From Auanema rhodensis (Eukaryota; Animalia; Nematoda): DNA of 64,000 nt. The stretch covers positions 85,341 through 149,340 of the forward strand of contig CAXKVF010000091.1 of the NCBI GenBank assembly GCA_964057225.1. The letters are read 5' to 3'. The position numbers and the translations under genes are program-made. Under the pieces are notes generated by a model. The model saw nothing but the letters and a program-made list of their open reading frames with translations, was not told the origin of the DNA and searched no databases. Shown piece after piece: positions 56,101-64,000 of the stretch; the stretch's first letter is position 1; every line of letters starts with the position of its first letter.

Positions 56101-59100
56101 TGCACTTGGTATGTAACTTGCTTCACGTGAAAGATAAAGAGATGCGGTTTTCAAAATTAGATCCCCCATGTCCATATTAGTCTAAAAACAAATTTTTATT
56201 GATATTGGTGCATGGTAACCATGACTTTGAAATTTACGTGAACTTTAATTTATGCTAATTAAATGTACACGTGATGTGCACTTGGTATGTAACTCGCTTC
56301 ACGTGAAAGATAAAGAGATGCGGTTTTCAAAATTAGAATCCCCATGTCCATATTAGTCTAAAAACAAATTTTTATTGATATTGGTGCATGGTAACCATGA
56401 CTTTGAAATTTACGTGAACTTTAATTTATGCTAATTAAATGTACACGTGATGTACACTTGGTATGTAACTCGCTTCACGTGAAAGATAAAGAGATGCGGT
56501 TTCCAAAATTAGATTCCCCATGTCCATATTAGTCTAAAAACAAATTTTTATTGATATTGGTTCATGGTAACCATGACTTTGAAATTTACGTGAACTTTAA
56601 TTTATGCTAATTAAATGTACACGTGATGTGCACTTGGTATGTAACTCGCTTCACGTGAAAGATAAAGAGATGCGGTTTTCAAAATTAGATTCCCCATGTC
56701 CATATTAGTCTAAAAACAAATTTTTATTGATATTGGTTCATGGTAACCATGACTTTGAAATTTACGTGAACTTTAATTTATGCTAATTAAATGTACACGT
56801 GATGTGCACTTGGTATGTAACTCGCTTCACGTGAAAGATAAAGAGATGCGGTTTTCAAAATTAGATTCCCCATGTCCATATTAGTCTAAAAACAAATTTT
56901 TATTGATATTGGTGCATGGTAACCATGACTTTGAAATTTACGTGAACTTTAATTTATGCTAATTAAATGTACACGTGATGTGCACTTGGTATGTAACTTG
57001 CTTCACGTGAAAGATAAAGAGATGCGGTTTTCAAAATTAGATCCCCCATGTCCATATTAGTCTAAAAACAAATTTTTATTGATATTGGTGCATGGTAACC
57101 ATGACTTTGAAATTTACGTGAACTTTAATTTATGCTAATTTAATGTACACGTGATGTGCACTTGGTATGTAACTCGCTTCACGTGAAAGATAAAGAGATG
57201 CGGTTTTCAAAATTAGATTCCCCATGTCCATATTAGTCTAAAAACAAATTTTTATTGATATTGGTGCATGGTAACCATGACTTTGAAATTTACGTGAACT
57301 TTAATTTATGCTAATTAAATGTACACGTGATGTACACTTGGTATGTAACTCGCTTCACGTGAAAGATAAAGAGATGCGGTTTCCAAAATTAGATTCCCCA
57401 TGTCCATATTAGTCTAAAAACAAATTTTTATGGATATTGGTTCATGGTAACCATGACTTTGAAATTTACGTGAACTTTAATTTATGCTAATTAAATGTAC
57501 ACGTGATGTGCACTTGGTATGTAACTCGCTTCACGTGAAAGATAAAGAGATGCGGTTTTCAAAATTAGATTCCCCATGTCCATATTAGTCTAAAAACAAA
57601 TTTTTATTGATATTGGTGCATGGTAACCATGACTTTGAAATTTACGTGAACTTTAATTTATGCTAATTAAATGTACACGTGATGTGCACTTGGTATGTAA
57701 CTCGCTTCACGTGAAAGATAAAGAGATGCGGTTTTCAAAATTAGATTCCCCATGTCCATATTAGTCTAAAAACAAATTTTTATTGATATTGGTGCATGGT
57801 AACCATGACTTTGAATTTTACGTGAACTTTAATTTATGCTAATTAAATGTACACGTGATGTGCACTTGGTATGTAACTCGCTTCACGTGAAAGATAAAGA
57901 GATGCGGTTTTCAAAATTAGATTCCCCATGTCCATATTAGTCTAAAAACAAATTTTTATTGATATTGGTGCATGGTAACCATGACTTTGAAATTTACGTG
58001 AACTTTAATTTATGCTAATTAAATGTACACGTGATGTGCACTTGGTATGTAACTTGCTTCACGTGAAAGATAAAGAGATGCGGTTTTCAAAATTAGATCC
58101 CCCATGTCCATATTAGTCTAAAAACAAATTTTTATTGATATTGGTGCATGGTAACCATGACTTTGAAATTTACGTGAACTTTAATTTATGCTAATTAAAT
58201 GTACACGTGATGTGCACTTGGTATGTAACTCGCTTCACGTGAAAGATAAAGAGATGCGGTTTTCAAAATTAGATTCCCCATGTCCATATTAGTCTAAAAA
58301 CAAATTTTTATTGATATTGGTGCATGGTAACCATGACTTTGAAATTTACGTGAACTTTAATTTATGCTAATTAAATGTACACGTGATGTACACTTGGTAT
58401 GTAACTCGCTTCACGTGGAAGATAAAGAGATGCGGTTTCCAAAATTAGATTCCCCATGTCCATATTAGTCTAAAAACAAATTTTTATTGATATTGGTTCA
58501 TGGTAACCATGACTTTGAAATTTACGTGAACTTTAATTTATGCTAATTAAATGTACACGTGATGTGCACTTGGTATGTAACTCGCTTCACGTGAAAGATA
58601 AAGAGATGCGGTTTTCAAAATTAGATTCCCCATGTCCATATTAGTCTAAAAACAAATTTTTATTGATATTGGTTCATGGTAACCATGACTTTGAAATTTA
58701 CGTGAACTTTAATTTATGCTAATTAAATGTACACGTGATGTGCACTTGGTATGTAACTCGCTTCACGTGAAAGATAAAGAGATGCGGTTTTCAAAATTAG
58801 ATTCCCCATGTCCATATTAGTCTAAAAACAAATTTTTATTGATATTGGTGCATGGTAACCATGACTTTGAAATTTACGTGAACTTTAATTTATGCTAATT
58901 AAATGTACACGTGATGTGCACTTGGTATGTAACTTGCTTCACGTGAAAGATAAAGAGATGCGGTTTTCAAAATTAGATCCCCCATGTCCATATTAGTCTA
59001 AAAACAAATTTTTATTGATATTGGTGCATGGTAACCATGACTTTGAAATTTACGTGAACTTTAATTTATGCTAATTAAATGTACACGTGATGTGCACTTG

Positions 59101-59489
59101 GTATGTAACTCGCTTCACGTGAAAGATAAAGAGATGCGGTTTTCAAAATTAGATTCCCCATGTCCATATTAGTCTAAAAACAAATTTTTATTGATATTGG
59201 TGCATGGTAACCATGACTTTGAAATTTACGTGAACTTTAATTTATGCTAATTAAATGTACACGTGATGTACACTTGGTATGTAACTCGCTTCACGTGAAA
59301 GATAAAGAGATGCGGTTTCCAAAATTAGATTCCCCATGTCCATATTAGTCTAAAAACAAATTTTTATGGATATTGGTTCATGGTAACCATGACTTTGAAA
59401 TTTACGTGAACTTTAATTTATGCTAATTAAATGTACACGTGATGTGCACTTGGTATGTAACTCGCTTCACGTGAAAGATAAAGAGATGC
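53154..59489 (+). repeat. HOR block E: 12/11-mer built from two copies of a C150T - T18C - G133A - T6C cassette
   Basis: T55G at 55320, 57432, 59368 (2112 and 1936 bp apart). T18C monomers at 53506, 54914, 56146, 57026, 58082, 58962. Confidence 0.8.
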
Positions 59490-61425
59490 GGTTTTCAAAA
59501 TTAGATTCCCCATGTCCATATTAGTCTAAAAACAAATTTTTATTGATATTGGTTCATGGTAACCATGACTTTGAAATTTACGTGAACTTTAATTTATGCT
59601 AATTAAATGTACACGTGATGTGCACTTGGTATGTAACTCGCTTCACGTGAAAGATAAAGAGATGCGGTTTTCAAAATTAGATTCCCCATGTCCATATTAG
59701 TCTAAAAACAAATTTTTATTGATATTGGTTCATGGTAACCATGACTTTGAAATTTACGTGAACTTTAATTTATGCTAATTAAATGTACACGTGATGTGCA
59801 CTTGGTATGTAACTCGCTTCACGTGAAAGATAAAGAGATGCGGTTTTCAAAATTAGATTCCCCATGTCCATATTAGTCTAAAAACAAATTTTTAATGATA
59901 TTGCTTCATGGTAACCATGACTTTGAATTTTACGTGAACTTTAATTTATGCTAATTAAATGTACACGTGATGTGCACTTGGTATGTAACTCGCTTCACGT
60001 GAAAGATAAAGAGATGCGGTTTTCAAAATTAGACTCCCCATGTCCATATTAGTCTAAAAACAAATTTTTATTGATATTGGTGCATGGTAACCATGACTTT
60101 GAAATTTACGTGAACTTTAATTTATGCTAATTAAATGTACATGTGATGTGCACTTGGTATGTAACTCGCTTCACGTGAAAGATAAAGAGATGCGGTTTTC
60201 AAAATTAGATTCCCCATGTCCATATTAGTCTAAAAACAAATTTTTATTGATATTGCTTCATGGTAACCATGACTTTGAAATTTACGTGAACTTTAATTTA
60301 TGCTAATTAAATGTACACGTGATGTGCACTTGGTATGTAACTCGCTTCACGTGAAAGATAAAGAGATGCGGTTTTCAAAATTAGATTCCCCATGTCCATA
60401 TTAGTCTAAAAACAAATTTTTATTGATATTGGTGCATGGTAACCATGACTTTGAAATTTACGTGAACTTTAATTTATGCTAATTAAATGTACACGTGATG
60501 TACACTTGGTATGTAACTCGCTTCACGTGAAAGATAAAGAGATGCGGTTTCCAAAATTAGATTCCCCATGTCCATATTAGTCTAAAAACAAATTTTTATG
60601 GATATTGGTTCATGGTAACCATGACTTTGAAATTTACGTGAACTTTAATTTATGCTAATTAAATGTACACGTGATGTGCACTTGGTATGTAACTCGCTTC
60701 ACGTGAAAGATAAAGAGATGCGGTTTTCAAAATTAGATTCCCCATGTCCATATTAGTCTAAAAACAAATTTTTATTGATATTGGTTCATGGTAACCATGA
60801 CTTTGAAATTTACGTGAACTTTAATTTATGCTAATTAAATGTACACGTGATGTGCACTTGGTATGTAACTCGCTTCACGTGAAAGATAAAGAGATGCGGT
60901 TTTCAAAATTAGATTCCCCATGTCCATATTAGTCTAAAAACAAATTTTTAATGATATTGCTTCATGGTAACCATGACTTTGAATTTTACGTGAACTTTAA
61001 TTTATGCTAATTAAATGTACACGTGATGTGCACTTGGTATGTAACTCGCTTCACGTGAAAGATAAAGAGATGCGGTTTTCAAAATTAGACTCCCCATGTC
61101 CATATTAGTCTAAAAACAAATTTTTATTGATATTGGTGCATGGTAACCATGACTTTGAAATTTACGTGAACTTTAATTTATGCTAATTAAATGTACATGT
61201 GATGTGCACTTGGTATGTAACTCGCTTCACGTGAAAGATAAAGAGATGCGGTTTTCAAAATTAGATTCCCCATGTCCATATTAGTCTAAAAACAAATTTT
61301 TATTGATATTGCTTCATGGTAACCATGACTTTGAAATTTACGTGAACTTTAATTTATGCTAATTAAATGTACACGTGATGTGCACTTGGTATGTAACTCG
61401 CTTCACGTGAAAGATAAAGAGATGC
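59138..61425 (+). repeat. 7-mer/6-mer tandem duplication
   Basis: T55G at 59368/60600 (1232 bp). T54A+G63C+A87T at 59895/60951 (1056 bp), each followed by a T17C+C125T monomer. Confidence 0.8.
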
Positions 61426-61777
61426 GGTTTTCAAAATTAGATTCCCCATGTCCATATTAGTCTAAAAACAAATTTTTATTGATATTGGTGCATGGTAACC
61501 ATGACTTTGAAATTTACGTGAACTTTAATTTATGCTAATTAAATGTACACGTGATGTGCACTTGGTATGTAACTCGCTTCACGTGAAAGATAAAGAGATG
61601 CGGTTTTCAAAATTAGATTCCCCATGTCCATATTAGTCTAAAAACAAATTTTTATTGATATTGGTGCATGGTAACCATGACTTTGAAATTTACGTGAACT
61701 TTAATTTATGCTAATTAAATGTACACGTGATGTGCACTTGGTATGTAACTCGCTTCACGTGAAAGATAAAGAGATGC

Positions 61778-64000
61778 GGTTTTCAAAATTAGATTCCCCA
61801 TGTCCATATTAGTCTAAAAACAAATTTTTATTGATATTGGTTCATGGTAACCATGACTTTGAAATTTACGTGAACTTTAATTTATGCTAATTAAATGTAC
61901 ACGTGATGTGCACTTGGTATGTAACTCTCTTCACGTGAAAGATAAAGAGATGCGGTTTTCAAAATTAGATTCCCCATGTCCATATTAGTCTAAAAACAAA
62001 TTTTTATTGATATTGGTGCATGGTAACCATGACTTTGAAATTTACGTGAACTTTAATTTATGCTAATTAAATGTACACGTGATGTGCACTTGGTATGTAA
62101 CTCGCTTCACGTGAGAGATAAAGAGATGCGGTTTTCAAAATTAGATTACCCATGTCCATATTAGTCTAAAAACAAATTTTTATTGATATTGGTTCATGGT
62201 AACCATGACTTTGAAATTTACGTGAACTTTAATTTATGCTAATCAAATGTACACGTGATGTGCACTTGGTATGTAACTCTCTTCACGTGAAAGATAAAGA
62301 GATGCGGTTTTCAAAATTAGATTACCCATGTCCATATTAGTCTAAAAACAAATTTTTATTGATATTGGTTCATGGTAACCATGACTTTGAAATTTACGTG
62401 AACTTTAATTTATGCTAATTAAATGTACACGTGATGTGCACTTGGTATGTAACTCGCTTCACGTGAAAGATAAAGAGATGCGGTTTTCAAAATTAGATTC
62501 CCCATGTCCATATTAGTCTAAAAACAAATTTTTATTGATATTGGTGCATGGTAACCATGACTTTGAAATTTACGTGAACTTTAATTTATGCTAATTAAAT
62601 GTACACGTGATGTGCACTTGGTATGTAACTCGCTTCACGTGAAAGATAAAGAGATGCGGTTTTCAAAATTAGATTCCCCATGTCCATATTAGTCTAAAAA
62701 CAAATTTTTATTGATATTGGTTCATGGTAACCATGACTTTGAAATTTACGTGAACTTTAATTTATGCTAATTAAATGTACACGTGATGTGCACTTGGTAT
62801 GTAACTCTCTTCACGTGAAAGATAAAGAGATGCGGTTTTCAAAATTAGATTCCCCATGTCCATATTAGTCTAAAAACAAATTTTTATTGATATTGGTGCA
62901 TGGTAACCATGACTTTGAAATTTACGTGAACTTTAATTTATGCTAATTAAATGTACACGTGATGTGCACTTGGTATGTAACTCGCTTCACGTGAAAGATA
63001 AAGAGATGCGGTTTTCAAAATTAGATTACCCATGTCCATATTAGTCTAAAAACAAATTTTTATTGATATTGGTTCATGGTAACCATGACTTTGAAATTTA
63101 CGTGAACTTTAATTTATGCTAATCAAATGTACACGTGATGTGCACTTGGTATGTAACTCTCTTCACGTGAAAGATAAAGAGATGCGGTTTTCAAAATTAG
63201 ATTCCCCATGTCCATATTAGTCTAAAAACAAATTTTTATTGATATTGGTGCATGGTAACCATGACTTTGAAATTTACGTGAACTTTAATTTATGCTAATT
63301 AAATGTACACGTGATGTGCACTTGGTATGTAACTCGCTTCACGTGAACGATAAAGAGATGCAGTTTTCAAAATTAGATTACCCATGTCCATATTAGTCTA
63401 AAAACAAATTTTTATTGATATTGGTTCATGGTAACCATGACTTTGAAATTTACGTGAACTTTAATTTATGCTAATTAAATGTACACGTGATGTGCACTTG
63501 GTATGTAACTCTCTTCACGTGAAAGATAAAGAGATGCGGTTCTCAAAATTAGATTCCCCATGTCCATATTAGTCTAAAAACAAATTTTTATTGATATTGG
63601 TGCATGGTAACCATGACTTTGAAATTTACGTGAACTTTAATTTATGCTAATTAAATGTACACGTGATGTGCACTTGGTATGTAACTCTCTTCACGTGAAA
63701 GATAAAGAGATGCGGTTTTCAAAATTAGATTCCCCATGTCCATATTAGTCTAAAAACAAATTTTTATTGATATTGGTGCATGGTAACCATGACTTTGAAA
63801 TTTACGTGAACTTTAATTTATGCTAATTAAATGTACACGTGATGTGCACTTGGTATGAAACTCGCTTCACGTGAAAGATAAAGAGATGCGGTTTTCAAAA
63901 TTAGATTACCCATGTCCATATTAGTCTAAAAACAAATTTTTATTGATATTGGTTCATGGTAACCATGACTTTGAAATTTAGGTGAACTTTAATTTATGCT
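61778..64000 (+). repeat. Start of a new variant domain (G151T, AACTCTC) with a 5-mer-spaced duplication
   Basis: AACTCTCTT was seen only from about 61928 onward (six monomers). C19A+T115C+G151T monomers start at 62130 and 63010 (880 bp apart). Confidence 0.75.

Larger units (their letters stand above)
1..64000 (+). repeat. 176-bp tandem satellite array (363 full monomers + 1 partial), candidate centromeric/pericentromeric satellite
   Basis: GGTTTTCAAAATTAG recurs at 1, 353, 529 ... 2641 (=1+15x176) and on to 63890. No inversion or foreign sequence was seen. Phase shifts only at about 9445 (-1 A), about 19925 (+T) and about 22742 (+T). The centromeric role is inferred from nucleosome-scale unit length and homogeneity. 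Confidence 0.99.

Noticed and set aside
1-64000. CRISPR array
   Set aside because: There are no unique spacers: the full 176 bp repeats. There are no cas genes.
1-64000. Tandem 5S rRNA, tRNA, snRNA or spliced-leader gene array
   Set aside because: I see no recognisable 5S, tRNA or snRNA sequence or Pol III A/B/C boxes. An Infernal/Rfam search of a dimer would settle it.
1-64000. Embedded transposon, inversion or unique island
   Set aside because: Monomer phase tracks from 1 to 63890 with a net shift of +1 bp, explained by three 1-bp indels, so there is no room for inserted sequence.
1-64000. Array as an artefact (rolling-circle concatemer or collapsed consensus)
   Set aside because: Hierarchically shared, position-specific variants and HORs indicate real evolutionary history. 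Individual duplications still need read support.

Overview
The whole 64-kb window is one uninterrupted, head-to-tail, single-orientation tandem array of a 176-bp satellite (about 32% GC). It holds 363 complete monomers plus a 111-bp partial one at 63890-64000. Consensus: GGTTTTCAAAATTAGATTCCCCATGTCCATATTAGTCTAAAAACAAATTTTTATTGATATTGGT[G/T]CATGGTAACCATGACTTTGAAATTTACGTGAACTTTAATTTATGCTAATTAAATGTACACGTGATGTGCACTTGGTATGTAACTCGCTTCACGTGAAAGATAAAGAGATGC. Monomers usually differ from consensus at 0-3 positions, and I found only three 1-bp indels. Length, homogeneity and purity fit a eukaryotic centromeric or pericentromeric satellite. That is an inference, and I do not recognise the family or organism. 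I found no genes, RNA genes, transposons or CRISPR arrays, and the single ORF is a by-product of the repeat. The real structure is in the variants. (1) There is a series of local higher-order repeats (HORs) with shifting periods (13/8/9, 2, 5, 11/10 with a nested 3, 16 with derivatives, 11/12, 6-11-17-7, 12/11, 6, 5). (2) A central variant domain (about 22-44 kb) is flanked by domains that share alleles. (3) Several variants copy motifs found elsewhere in the same monomer. (4) The monomer is rich in dyads, with two CACGTG E-boxes. Variants are named by monomer position (e.g. A87T) and were called by eye, so counts need computational confirmation.
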